Part shown: positions 1-13,575 of the stretch, in pieces
Position numbering within the stretch: the stretch's first letter is position 1
How the letters are laid out: every line of letters starts with the position of its first letter
Source of the DNA: the human T2T-CHM13v2.0 reference genome, Homo sapiens
DNA: 64,000 bases
Assembly (NCBI RefSeq): GCF_009914755.1
Contig: NC_060929.1
Reading direction: 5' to 3' (one strand)
The notes under the pieces: model-generated
What the model saw: the letters and a program-made list of their open reading frames with translations, nothing else
Databases searched by the model: none
Told to the model about the DNA's origin: nothing
Made by a program: the position numbers and the translations under genes

Positions 1-58
1 AATTATGGGAACGACAGTTCAAGATGAGATTTGGGTGGGGACACAGCCAAACCATATG
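1..58 (+). mobile_element. 3' end of MaLR LTR (MST/THE1-like)
   Basis: ...ttcaagatgagatttgggtggggacacagccaaaccatat is the characteristic MST/THE1 LTR terminus. Confidence 0.7.
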
Positions 59-1752
59 AGCAGCTCTGCTGCAAGCCAGGCCCAGGTGGCCAGAAGGTTG
101 GTTCCTCAGGCGAGCTTGGTGAGACCCAGATGGCATTGTAGACACACAGGACATGAATTTGCCATGTACATTCAACATCCCTCTAAAAGACATGGGAACC
201 AGTTCCACAGAGCAGGCAATTCCCTCTACCCTGGGACTCATGAGCAGAGCTCCATGGTGAGCATGGAATGGGCAGCCTCCGCTGCTGTGCACGGGCAGTC
301 TCAGTTCCCAGCCAGAGTTTGAGGACGGGTTTCCTCACTACAAGCCACTCCTTCATCAGAGGCTGACGTGGAGAAGATCCACTCCAATTCCAGTGCAAAA
401 GCCACCACACTTTCATTCTGACCACACAAATGTTCTCCCATAGGAGTTAACTTTACTCTTTTTAAGTGCCCTATTTATTTTTAACAAGTAATACACAGAT
501 GTGGAACAAAATTTAAAGGTATACAATGTGTTTCCCTCTAATTGCCATCCATGAGGCACTCAGTCTCCTCTCGAGAGATGAGCCCTGGATCAGGCTCCCT
601 GCATGTCTTTCCAGAGAGATCCATGTAAAGTAGACAGACGCCAGAGATTCTGCCCATCCGCGCCTTGCTTTTCTGCATTCACCAAGATATATTAGAAACA
701 TGCATCAGCAAATACAGAGCTGCCTGACGCTTTCAGCAAGTGTGCGATGCCATTCCCTTTTGTGGATACATGGTAATTTATTCAATCAGTTCCCTATTAG
801 CAGGTGGTTTCCCATCTTTCACTCTTGCGATGCTGTGTGATTAACTTTGCACATCTGCCTCGAACACTTACCAAAAGATATGTTGGATAAATTCCTGGAA
901 GTACAATTCCTAAGTCAAAAGGTATGAGTGTTTTTAATTTGATAATTATTACCAGCCAGTAGGTTTAATCAATGCATACCCTCATCTGCAATATATGAAG
1001 GTACCTGGTCAATACAGCTATGGGAGAAAGCTCATGGTTCAACTTTGCACCCTCTAATGAAATGGGGCATATATCAACATGTTTATTGGCCATTAGTGTA
1101 TATATATATATATAGATAGATAGATATTTTTACCTCTTTCTCTGTTGATCTTTTTCTGTTTGATTTGGAGGCACTCTTTGTTTATTAAAGAATAAATTAG
1201 TCCCTTGATTTGGGATGCCTTTCCTTTTGTTTGTTTGTTTGGTGTTTTTTTTTTTTTTTGTCATGACTATTTTATGGGTCTTTTTTCATTCAGAAGATTT
1301 TTGTGTGGTTGATTTTATTGTTTTTTTAATGTATCTGGGTTTGGGTTCAAAATTTTAAAAGCCTTCCTCACTCCAAGACTGCAAGTCTGCTGACTTGAAA
1401 TCCCCACACTTCCCCCTCTCACACACACAATGTATAAAATTTAACTCTATTGCAGTTAAACTGCTAAATACTGTCAGCCAAAATTAAGGCTATTGAGGCA
1501 GAAATAATTTGAGAAAGGTTTACTGGAAGCCAAATGTGAGGATTGTTCCAGGGTCAGAATAGTTCTATGAGAAAGTTTAGGAGCAGGGAGGGGAGGGCAC
1601 TCCTTACATTGGAGTTGTCCTTTCCATTGGAGGGTACCAGGGTGTCCCAAAGAGGTTACAATCATTAGCTTCAGATTACAACACAAACACATGCTAAAGC
1701 ATTCTATCTGCAAGACAACTGGCAAAACTTCATGATTCAGAGACAAATCAGG

Positions 1753-1910
1753 GCCTGGTGCACTGGTTCATGCTTGTAATCCCAGAGTTTTTCGAGGCTG
1801 AGGTGGGGGATCCCTTGAGGCCAGAAGTTTGAGGTTACAGTGAGCTATGATGGTGCCACTGCATTCCAACCTGGGCCACAGCTCAAAGCCCCATTTCCAA
1901 AAAATAAATA
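1753..1910 (+). mobile_element. Old Alu monomer/deleted AluJ
   Basis: tgcttgtaatcccag...gaggttacagtgagctatga...tgcattccaacctggg followed by an A-rich tail. Confidence 0.7.
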
Positions 1911-3279
1911 AGTAAAACAGAAATAAATCAGTGTCTTTTTTCACATTGATCTGTATGTTGACAGTTGGAGAAGGGTACGAGAAGATCTGAGGGATTCACG
2001 AGAAGACCCTTTACTCAGGGGACAGGACGCAAACCATGCATCATGAAACCTTCCCCAAGCAGGTAACTCGGAAGGCTGCCAAGTGGGACCTGTAGGCTCT
2101 CAGCACCTAGCCGTGGAATGACAGATCCAAGCTGGAAGGGATACGGACAATCCATAGGTCCCACCCGCCTCTTTCAGCAGTGAGAGAATTGAGACACCGT
2201 CGGGTGTCTCCTGAGGTCACCCAGCTAACTGGCCCCAAGAAGCACAGGCCCCAGGAAGCCCACCCTTTGTCTCCCCCAGATTCTGACCAACCCCCACATC
2301 ATCTCCTTGCCTGGTTTCTCTGGGGAACCAGGAAAAGAGCTGAAGAGTAGCTTCTGCTTTATAATGTTCACATTCCATTTCTAGTTGAAATTCAGTTGAT
2401 TTTTAAATAATGCATCGCCTTAGATTGTGGGTTTTGGCAGGAATTTCAAGATACAGATAAAATTCCAGAGAGTAAAAAAGAGAAACACGTTTACTGCCAA
2501 TTCCTTTTGAGGGGAATAGAAAAACATATTTTTGAATAAGCTCATCCTGGGTTCAGCTTCCCCTGTGAGAAGGACACATATAACAATAAGAAATTAAGGG
2601 TTCGGGAAGGAGAGGGGCCACCCTGTGCTCACCCCCACACAGCCCTGCAGGAAAACCCAGTGAACGGTGCCCAGGTGCCTGGCTGACTCCTGGGCCGGGA
2701 GGGGACATGGAGGGACAGTGGCCATCAGGCTCTTTGTGGACACTGGGGATTAACTACTGCTCGTTCTCAGCTCACTGGTGTCCAGCCCATCAATAACCTC
2801 ATCAATAACCTAACTTTGGTCAATTAGGTTGGAGTCCGAAGGTGACTGATTTGCGGCAAGGTTTTCTCTCTTCCTCTGTAAAGTGGAGTCCTTCATCATT
2901 CATCGCAAGTAGACAACTCGCTTCCTAATGCCTCTGCATTAAGGAGCCAGGCGCTGCAGCTCTTTGGTACGTGACCTCAAATAGATTCATGCGTCCTTCT
3001 GCTGACACGGTGAGTACCTCCTGGAGTCCAGGACTCAGAGCATGGACACACCCTAACTCCAGCTAGGGGAGGGCGAAGCCACCTGCACCTGGGAGGCTGG
3101 CGCTGCCTAAGCGGGTCAGGCAAGTCCTCGCCTTGGAGGGGAGAGTCCTTAGTGATTTTCCCTGGCTCTGCTCCCACCGACGAGACGGACTCAGGAGGGG
3201 CGAACGGTATGTGGGGCGGGGACGCTTTGTTCAGATGGCGTCATCAACCCCAGGTCCGTCTGGTCTTTTTTATTCACTG

Positions 3280-4200
3280 CATATTAAGGTGCGTGCGGCC
3301 TGTGGCTGGTCCCTGTCCTGCACACCTGTATGGCCTGGACTAGGCCTGAGCGCCTCAAGGGCCGAGCTGGGTCCTCCCCACCCGCCGGATTCCCCAGCGC
3401 CCAGGCTGTCTCCAAAGAATCCCCCCGAGAGCAGGTCCCCGCTTCTCGGGCGTCGGGGCTCGCCGCAGTCACGCTGCACACCCTCCCGGCCTAGGGCGGC
3501 GCCGGCCCGGGACTCGCGTGTCTCCCCGCGGCGCCGCGCAGGACCCGGGCCTCGGAGCCCGGCAGCATCCCCTGCTGGCCGCTGGGCTGAGGAGCCGCGG
3601 GAGGCGGGGAACGCGGGGCCGCGGGGGCTGGGCGGGCCGGAGTGCGCGGTAGAGGGGGCGGCGCGGCCGGGGTGCGCGGTAGAGGGGGCGGAGCGGCCGG
3701 GGTGCGCGGTAAAGATGGGGCGGCGCGGCCGGGGCTCGCCAGCACCAGCCCTGGAACCCCATGGGGGACCTCGACAACAGCGCCTTTGCGGCGTGGGCCC
3801 CTTTCTGCAGCTCCTCCACCCGCGCGCTGTCGGCTCCGGGACACTGGGGCTTTGAAGGGCGCCAGTTCCCAGCCGCACCTGCACGCCTAGGAGGGCGCAG
3901 GCCGCGTGTCCCTGTGGGAGGAAGGCCCCGGCAACCTGCAAAGACCTCACGTCACAGAAACTTGCGGCGTTTGCCCCCGATGCGCGCGTCAGGTGCTCCG
4001 TCCCTTCCAGGTGGCAGAGGAGAGGGAAGGGTCGCGCCTGGTGGGGGCCTGAGAGCCACCGGGCTGCGGTGCGCGAGTGTGGACACCGCCCCGCCTTCTG
4101 CGTCTACAGCCCTGGGTTCTGGGACCTTTGGAAACCGCTTTGGACGAAGCTGAGCATCTCTTTCCCCACGCTGACCTCCCCCATAGACTCCGGATGGGAG
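3280..4200. promoter_or_regulatory. CpG island with GC boxes
   Basis: Very GC- and CpG-rich; several GGGGCGG; CRE-like tcacgtca at ~3947. Confidence 0.85.
3631..3735 (+). repeat. 30-bp GC-rich minisatellite, ~3.3 copies
   Basis: Unit gcggccggggtgcgcggtagagggggcg(g/ga) repeated directly. Confidence 0.9.
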
Positions 4201-4325
4201 TAAATGAGGGTAAGGGTGCCGTCACCGCAGGAGGTGGATTTTCTATGCTCCACAAGGCAAAAAATCTGTTAATTTTCTGCAGTTTATGTTATTTTTTCTA
4301 AGTTTGTAGTTTCCTCTTCCAAACG

Positions 4326-4389
4326 TAGAATTTATATTCATAGAACTAGAATTTATATTCTTAATGCAGAATTTATACTCATAATGCTA
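4326..4389 (+). repeat. ~20-21 bp tandem repeat, 3 copies
   Basis: agaatttatattcatagaact / agaatttatattcttaatgc / agaatttatactcataatgc. Confidence 0.8.
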
Positions 4390-5414
4390 AATACATATGC
4401 TTTTAAACTCTACCCCCTAATAAAAGCACGAGGCAGTCTCTCCCCTGAGGAATTCGACCCCGCCGCACAGCCCCCACTCCGAGGTCACATCGCAGCTGAA
4501 AATTTCAGCAGGGAGTGAGGGACTTGTCTTTCCATGATATCATTGGATGTTACCTAACACATATACATATACATCACATATGTCATATGTGATATAGTAT
4601 GCCCATGATACATGACATATTGATTTGAGAATTAGTTTGACTACCCAGGGAGCCACTCCAGGGCAAGGCCTGTATTTAAGGATGTGGCCAGTATCCAGAC
4701 TGTGTGTGCTGCAGGGGAGGGCTGTGGTAGACTAGAGGGAAGGACCGAGGGAGGGAAGAAGGGGAAAAGGAAGAGGCAGGGAGTTTTTCCACGAAGCTGT
4801 TTCCCTGCAGTTCCCCTTGGTTGGTGAGCCCTGGGGGGCCATGGCCGGTTCCCCGGAACATGCTCGGTCGGCTTCTTCTCTCCAGGCCCAGTCCTCTCTG
4901 TGTTCTCCCTGGAAGGGGAAGATGAGAAGATGAGCTGGGGCTTTAATTTTTTCCTAATTATCAAATCTTTAGTCCAAACCACTCTGCCCAGCCTTGGTGA
5001 TGGGAAGGCCAAGGGTATGGCAACAGTGAGTGTCTCTGTTTCCAGGTTGCAGTGAGGACCTGGAAGGTCAAGAGACAAGGTAGCCCAGCACCTGGCCCTC
5101 ATGGTATGCAATTTCTGCTTCGGGATGATGAAAAAAAAAAAAATCCCGGGCTCAGTTCCTTCTTGAGGTGCTGGGCTCATAGCTAACCTTGTCTTTTCCC
5201 CTCACTGCCGTCACCCAGCCTCCTGTGAACAAAGCATCACAACAGTCAGCATCACAAACCCCCATCAGCCCCGTGCAGTTGCAGTTGTGCTGGACCAGAG
5301 CCCATCAGCCTGGCCTTCGGGCTCTCCTCCACAGCGCCCCACCCAGCTGCTCAGGATGGCCATGACTATCTTCCATCTGACGCTGTGTGCTCCCTGCACC
5401 TGGCCCCAGGATGC

Positions 5415-5830
5415 GTGCAATGGGCTAAACTGTGTCCCTCTTGAAATGCATGTGCTGAAGTCCTAATCCTAAGTACCTCAGAATGGGAGCTTATGTGGAG
5501 GGAGGGTCTTTACCAAGTTAAATCGAGTCATCAGGGTGAGGCATCAGCCCATATGACTGGTGTCCCTACAGAAAAAGGGAAATGTGGCGACAGACACACA
5601 CACACACACACAAGGAGAACACAGTGTGACCATGAACATGGTCATGGACAAGCCAAGGAGAGAGGCCTGGAACCTGTCCTCCCCACACAGCCCTCAGAGA
5701 TGACCAGCCCTGCCCACACCTTGACTTTGGACTTCCCACCTCCGGAACAGAGAAACAATCCATCTCGGTTGTTCAAGCCTCTAATTTGTGCTGCTTTGTG
5801 ATGGCAGCCCCAGGAAACTGAAACAATTCG
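5415..5830 (+). mobile_element. MaLR LTR (MLT1-family) with internal (CA)n
   Basis: tgggctaaactgtgtccc...tgaagtcctaa...gacttcccacctccggaac...ttgtgatggcagccccaggaaact. Confidence 0.75.
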
Positions 5831-8503
5831 CTAGCAGGCAATGAAAAGGGCAGGCCCCCCAGCCCAGGCCAGCTTCAAAGTGAGTCATCTTCCCCTCTCC
5901 TTTCCTGAGAGGCAGCCACCTTCGCCTGCTGCCCCAGCACACACCAGACACCGTGCCCAAACACTGGCCAGTCCCCAAAGGGCATGAGAGAAAAGTCATC
6001 CATCCCTGAAATTCACAGGGAAGGCAACCACGTGGCACACACTTCTCTTAGGAGCATCCTGAAAGAGGGTGCAATTAAGCCAGTTCAATTTGGAATTGCT
6101 TAAAAATGTGGATTTAAAGCAGAATGTAAAAAGGAATGATTTCCAACAGTGCTAGTGAGGTTTTATTTTTTTACTTTTTACAGCTCCTGGGAAATCCAGA
6201 AACTTCACTCTAGAGAAGCTTGTTTGCCAAACCTTGCTTTGGGCGGTGGAGACAGAATATCATGTCCCAGATCAGCGTGTGGTGACTGTGGAGGCATTTA
6301 CACACAGCACACTCCAGCTCTGCCACTGGGCCGGCTGAGGTGGCTGCGGTACACGGCGCCCATCCTGAGCCCCAGGTTCCTCACATGTCAACAGCATGAA
6401 AAGTGCCTCTAAGACATCCACAGGTGTGCAGTGTTAAAGCAGGTGAGTGTCCTAGTGTAGACTTAGCGGAGTGGGGCTAGGGCTGCGGGTAGTGGGTGTT
6501 CCGCCCCCGGCTTGCTACCCAGTCCTCCCTGTCCCTCAGATCTGGCCCCAACCCTCAGGCAGACCCGTGTCTTCTCTTCCACCCCCTCCCTCCTCCTCCC
6601 TGGCACTCAGCCTTGCTCTTCTACTCTACCCTCCCTCCCCAGGCAGCGCCTCAGCTTGGTTAGCTCCCTTAAGGACTGCGGCTCCCTTAGGACAAGGCTC
6701 TGTCCCTCAGAGCACTGAGTGCGATCTCATGCTGGCATCTTAGAGACATTGTATTCACCAGGTAAGATGGATTCACATCTGCTGGGTGCACGAACACTTC
6801 CTCCTTCCTTGCCACCAGCCAGCATCACAACCAGCCTGGCCAGGCTCCCGTCCCAGCCCAGCCTAGCAGCTAACCCCAGCTCCATCCCCCAGCAAGCCCC
6901 TCTGCCTGCACCTCAGCTTCTTCATGGAAGACGAGTCAGGTCATGATGCCACCAGGGAGCGTGTTTCCATGTTGAACTGAGACACTAAGCCCTTGACAAA
7001 TGTTGGCCAAGAAAAAAAAGGGGCTCCAAGAGGGGAGCTGTGGCTCAGGTAGAAGACGGTGAATGAGCATTGCCTGAATCAGAGTTAGCTACTCTGGTTA
7101 CACAGGTGTCCCCGGCAGGTTGGTCAAAAGCCCTTCCCTGAGTCCCGTGATAAGTGTGGGGAGGGAGGCAAATCAAAGACCCCTACACACCTCCTGCATG
7201 GATGGCCAGAGCGCTGGTCCCACCTCCTTCCTTCCAAACTGCAACCCCGATCAGCACAGCAGAGAAGTCTCCTGTGGCAGGGACCAGTAATTCAGTGCTT
7301 CCCCTGGAGAGTCTGGGATTGCACAGAACACCAGAGGCTGGGGATTTATTTGTTCACCAACATTCATTCAACAAACACTTACTGAGGCCAACACTGGGAA
7401 TGGAGACGAACTTCCCTGTCCTCATGGAGCTTGCTTTCAAAAGGGAAGGAGGCAGACAGTAAACAAAACAAGCAAGTCAATATACAGCATGATGCAGAAA
7501 AGGTGTGATGCCACCCTCTTGCCTGAGTTTATAACAAGCAGATGATGTTGTCCTAAGAATTAATTTCAGCCGGTGAAAGAGTACAGGCAAAAAACGTGGT
7601 CTCGGACTTTCCGGTGATGCTTAAGAACATAGTTGCAGTTTTTGTTCTGATTCTTTGTGCATCTCGCGCTAATGAAGGATTCTGCCATGATTGCCACCTC
7701 TGGAGACGTCACAGCCAGCACAGCCATGACCAGGGATGAACTTGGCCATTGTCCAGCAGCACCATGGGAGGACCAGCTGCTGTAAGTGAAGGTCATCATC
7801 CATCTGATTTGCTGGCTTTTTGCAACTACTGCGGTGGAAGTCTTAGAGTAGCCACCTTCTCTGTACTCAGACCTTCACTTCGCCAGATGTCAGCACAGCA
7901 GTGTCAGCAGCTTCGTCAAACACAAACACCACCACCTCTCTGGATCAGAAGCACATGGAAAGCCCACCTTGCAAGAAGACCCAGCTATTCCAAAAGTACC
8001 CATATCCCTGTAGCATCCTCTTAGCTGAATGTCTCTACTCCTTAAACTTGTACCACTTTGAAGAGTAAAAATTTAAATTCATTCATATTATCATTTTTTA
8101 GTTTTTAGTATAAGTGGAGCTGTTTATCGGCCATTTGTATGTCCTTTTCTTTTTTTTGCAAATTACTCCTTTGCCAAATTTTCTCTCAAATGACTCATCT
8201 TTTTCTTATTGATTTGCAGAAGCTATTTACATATTATGGATGTGGGGTGTCTAACATACACAGCAAATACTTTGTCCCAGTGTGTCACTTTTTAAAAAAA
8301 TTCTTATAATGTCTTTCATCTTTAAAAAATTATTAAGCTATTGTGAGCTTTTATGCCTTTTCAGTTTATTTTCTTACATAGATAATTATATGAAGTGCAA
8401 ATAGGGGCAGTGTTAGTCTCATCTTCCCAAGGCTGCACCTCAGATGTGGAATGTTGACAGCAACACCTGTTACCTTGTTTCTGTTTTTAGGATTTTAGCG
8501 TTA

Positions 8504-8630
<127 letters not shown>

Positions 8631-9711
8631 CATTTAAAATGTTAACAATTAAAACAAAATATTTTACCATTAGTATGATGCTTGATACAGGATTTCTGGT
8701 ACATACGCCTTATCAAATTAAATAAGTTTCCTTTTACTCTTGTTTATTGTTATTTTTTAAAATAAGGAATGAATCTTGGATTTTAGTGTATCAATAATTA
8801 TATTTTATTCTTTAACTTCATAATATTCCTTATAATTCCTTATGTCATATTAAAGATGTAAATTCATATATATTTTATCATACAAATGATTAATAAATGT
8901 ATAAGCATGTCATTATATGAGAGTATACTTCCTTATGTTTCATGAATGCATCGTGACAGGCTCATTTTTTTAATCACTGCTCGATTTGTGCCACTGATGT
9001 TTTATGAGGCCTATTTATGTCGGCGATGGTAAGAGTGTTAGTGTTTCCTCTGTGGGTACCTTCATCTACCGTGAGTCTCCTGGATATGCTAGCATCACAG
9101 AATGGCAGGCGGAAATTTCCAGCTTTTTCTATAGAATGAGTTTAACACAGAAAATAGATCTTTCTTGAAAATGTGGTAACACTTACCTGGAAACCTCCCT
9201 GGCCTAGTGCCTCTTTTCTTGGGGCTAAAGGGTATGAAAATGGGTAGATCTCCAAATGCCTTTTCCATTTTTCTATGAATATTATTCCTACTCAGGCTTT
9301 TCTCTTCTTGGAACAATGCTGCTAACTTGTGCCTACTTGGCTATTTCTACTTCATGTATATTTTCAAATCCATTGGTGTGCAAGTGGACTTAGTATGTTC
9401 TTGCAAGCGTAAGAGTCTCCATTAGTGTAATGACCTTCTCTCTTTCTGTTTTCCTTGAGCAATTAACATATATTTGTCTTATTTTATTGGTCTTCTCAAA
9501 AGAATATGCTTTTGAGTTATTGATCACCTGTACCATGTGTTCTATCACACTATTCTGTGTTTACTCAAGCTCGTTAATTGATATTCAAATCCCTGTATTT
9601 TGTCAATTTCTGTTAGATGCTAGTATTAAAAATTTTTTATATAACCGTAGATTTGTCTATTTCTTATTATATTGGTAACAGTTTTTGCTTTACCCAATAT
9701 TTTGTTCTAAT

Positions 9712-10783
9712 GTGCTTTTTTAAGTTCTTTTTGAATTATTTAGTATTTTTTGTTTATTGTTGTAAGGTGCTTTTTTAAGTTCTTTTTGAATTATTTAGTA
9801 TTTTTTGGTTATTGTTGTAAGGTGCTTGTTTAAGCTCTTTTTGAATTATTTTGTATTTGTGGTGATTGTTGTAAGGTGCTTGTTTAAGTTCTTTTTGAAT
9901 TATTTTGCATTTTGGTTATTGTTGTAAGGTGCTTGTTTAAGTTCTTTTTGAATTATTTTGTATTTGTGGTGATTGTTATAAGGTGCTTAAATTCTTCTTG
10001 AATTATTTTTTATTTTTGATTATTTCTGTAAGGTGCTTTTTTAAGTTCTTTTTGAATTATTTTGTATTTTTTGGTTATTGTTGTAAGGTGCTTTTATATG
10101 TCCTTTTTGAATTATTTTGTATTTGTGGTGATTGTTGTAAGGTGCTTTTTTAAGTTCTTTTTGAATTATTTTGTATTTTTTGGTTATTGTTGTAAGGTGC
10201 TTTTATATGTCCTTTTTGAATTATTTTGTATCTGTGGTGATTGTTGTAAGGTGCTTGTTTAAGTTCTTTTTGAATTATTTGGTATTTGTGGTGGTTCTTG
10301 TAAGGTGCTTGTTTAAGTTCTTTTTGAATTATTTTGTATCTGTGGTGGTTCTTGTAAGGTGCTTGTTTAAGTTCTTTTTGAATTATTTTGTATTTGTGGT
10401 GATTGTTGTAAGGTGCTTAAGTTCTTTTTGAATTATTTTGTGTTTGTGGTGATTGTTGTATGGTGCTTGTTTAAGTTCTTTTTGAATTATTTGCTGTTTG
10501 TGGTGATTGTTGGAAGGTGCTTAAGTTCTTTTTGAATTATTTTGTGTTTGTGGTGATTGTCACAAGGTGCTTATTTAAGTTCTTTTTGAATTATTTTGTG
10601 TTTGTGGTGATTGTTGCAAGGTGCTTATTTCTTTTTGAATTATTTTGTGTTTGTGGTGATTGTTGTATGGTGCTTGTTTAAGTTCTTTCTGAATTATTTT
10701 GTATTTGTGGTGGTGGTTGTAAGGTGCTTAAGTTCTTTTTGAATTATTTTGTGTTTGTGGTGATTGTTGTAAGGTGCTTTAAG
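9712..10783 (+). repeat. Tandem array (likely VNTR), ~49-55 bp unit, 20 copies
   Basis: Consensus aagttctttttgaattattttgtatttgtggtgattgttgtaaggtgcttgttt; 20 occurrences of the tgaattatt anchor counted between 9731 and 10750. Confidence 0.97.
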
Positions 10784-11026
10784 ATTAAGTGCTGTCACGT
10801 GTTCTTGACAGGTTATTCCTTTTATAAATATCAAATGTAGAAAGTTTCCCTGTTCCCCTATTTTCTGTGTCTTGCCATGAACTGTGTTTTTTTGATATAT
10901 TGACATACCTAATACCTATCATAATTTAAAACACACATACTCCTTGACCAATAAATACGACTCCTAGGAATTTATTCTAACGCACACACGTGTGCAATAT
11001 TTGAAATGAAAGGTACAGCGTTATCA

Positions 11027-11527
<501 letters not shown>

Positions 11528-11713
11528 TTAACAGGGGAAAATCATATCTACCTATCTGCACAGAATATCTCGAGGGATGGACAGGAAACTGTTACTGCTG
11601 GCTGCCCACAGAGGATGGGGCTGGGCAAGGGGGTGGGAGGGAGCATTTCACAGAGCTGAATCTCTCAAATATTGAACTCAGTGTTTAACTATTCAAAACA
11701 TAATTAAAATTAA

Positions 11714-12126
<413 letters not shown>

Positions 12127-13575
12127 TTCTATCCTTTTTTCTTCCTTTCTTCTCTTTCCTTAGACTGATGCAATTTTGTGACTTTTCTTTTCTAGTGATT
12201 TGGAGGTTATACTTCCTATTGCTGTCTTTCTAATCATTACTCAACCATGTGAACAGACGTATTGAAGTGGTGGAGCAGATAAGGAGGTCTTCAGGTCTGG
12301 AGCTGTCCAGGAGCTGAGACAGTCTCAGCTGGTAGCTGGGACACTCTTGGGGAGTTCCCCCAGCTGAAGAAAGTCTCCCTGCCGAAGTCATGATCTTTCC
12401 CAGGGCAGCCCACACCCCACATCTAACGGCTGGTTGATGTTGGAGGTGCGGTGTCAACTCTCACCCCAACTCTGCCACGTCATGCAGCTCCAGAGCACCC
12501 CGTGGGACCCGCTGGGGCCTGTCATGCCTGCGACACAGCCCCATGTCTCCTTCAGCCCCATCCACCCAACCCTGCTTCTTTCACTCAGCTGCAGGGAATG
12601 ATCCAAACTTCCTGCACGCAAATCTCTAGCGCAGAGTGTTTCCCAGGGAAACTGGCTTCCAAAGATTGATTTGTCTAACAAGTTCTAACACACACCATAA
12701 TATACAAATGGGCAGGGCCGATCGTGAAAGGTGATCAGTTTTATGAAGAGGCTTATCTGTGTGCTGGTTCTGGTAATATCCCATTAGTACATTCTCTGGA
12801 CCCTTTATATTGTAGTTGTTTAAAATGGGTTGAAATTTCAGAGATCTTGATACTGGAAAATGTCATTTGTTGTAACCAAAATCCACCTGGAAAAGCATAC
12901 CACAGATATTTCAATTTTAATTGTAAAGTGAAGTTGTTCTCTTGACACCAACAATTATCTTATAAATAACCTAATGACCTAATCAGAACACAAATTTGCA
13001 TCAATTGCTGGGTGCTTGGATACTTGGAGTGCAGGGCCAATGTTTTCTAGTTTTTATTAGTTTTTCATAAGGTAGTTTAAAATAATCTTTGATGCTGAAG
13101 TTTGGCATTGAGGATGTGAGAGGTAGGTAGTAGAAATTCGTGTTTGACATTAAAAAGCAGTCAGTTATGCAATTCTGTGTTTCCCGCTGCAACCAGCTCC
13201 AGGGTGCCCTGACACTGACAGCTCAGCAGAAGGGCACGAGGTACCTCCTCCCCAGACCAATAAAAGGAAATTAGAACAAGAACACATGAACTATGTGATG
13301 CTCCTTGGTTCTCAGGGCTGTGATTCAGTGACTATGTTAGTTTCTGCTAGTATTGAAGATTTTGCAGCAGGCAAATATGTGAGCAAAGATGACATTTAAG
13401 TTCTATATGCTTCACCCACCTTATCTTTGGATCCCCCAGTCAAAAAGTTTTATTCACTAGCAAATAGATAAATAAATGATTATCAGTAAATGTGCTGTCT
13501 TAGCACCTCGCACCCCAACCAGCCCCCACCTTGAAACACTAGCTGTCAGGTGCCGTTCTCAGTGCACTGCACATA

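Noticed and set aside
3133-4153. Long overlapping ORFs (240, 226, 130 aa) in the CpG island
   Set aside because: Stop-poor GC-rich sequence open in several frames on both strands; the two longest lack ATG starts; low-complexity Pro/Arg/Gly/Ala with no recognisable domain
4641-5180. 179-aa minus-strand ORF
   Set aside because: No recognisable homology, runs through a homopolymer tract, no supporting gene structure
9712-10783. CRISPR-like array, or a hydrophobic repeat protein (ORFs 10062..10262 and 10171..10431)
   Set aside because: No unique spacers: the whole unit repeats. ORFs arise from 54-bp units, have non-ATG starts and are broken by 50/55-bp units.
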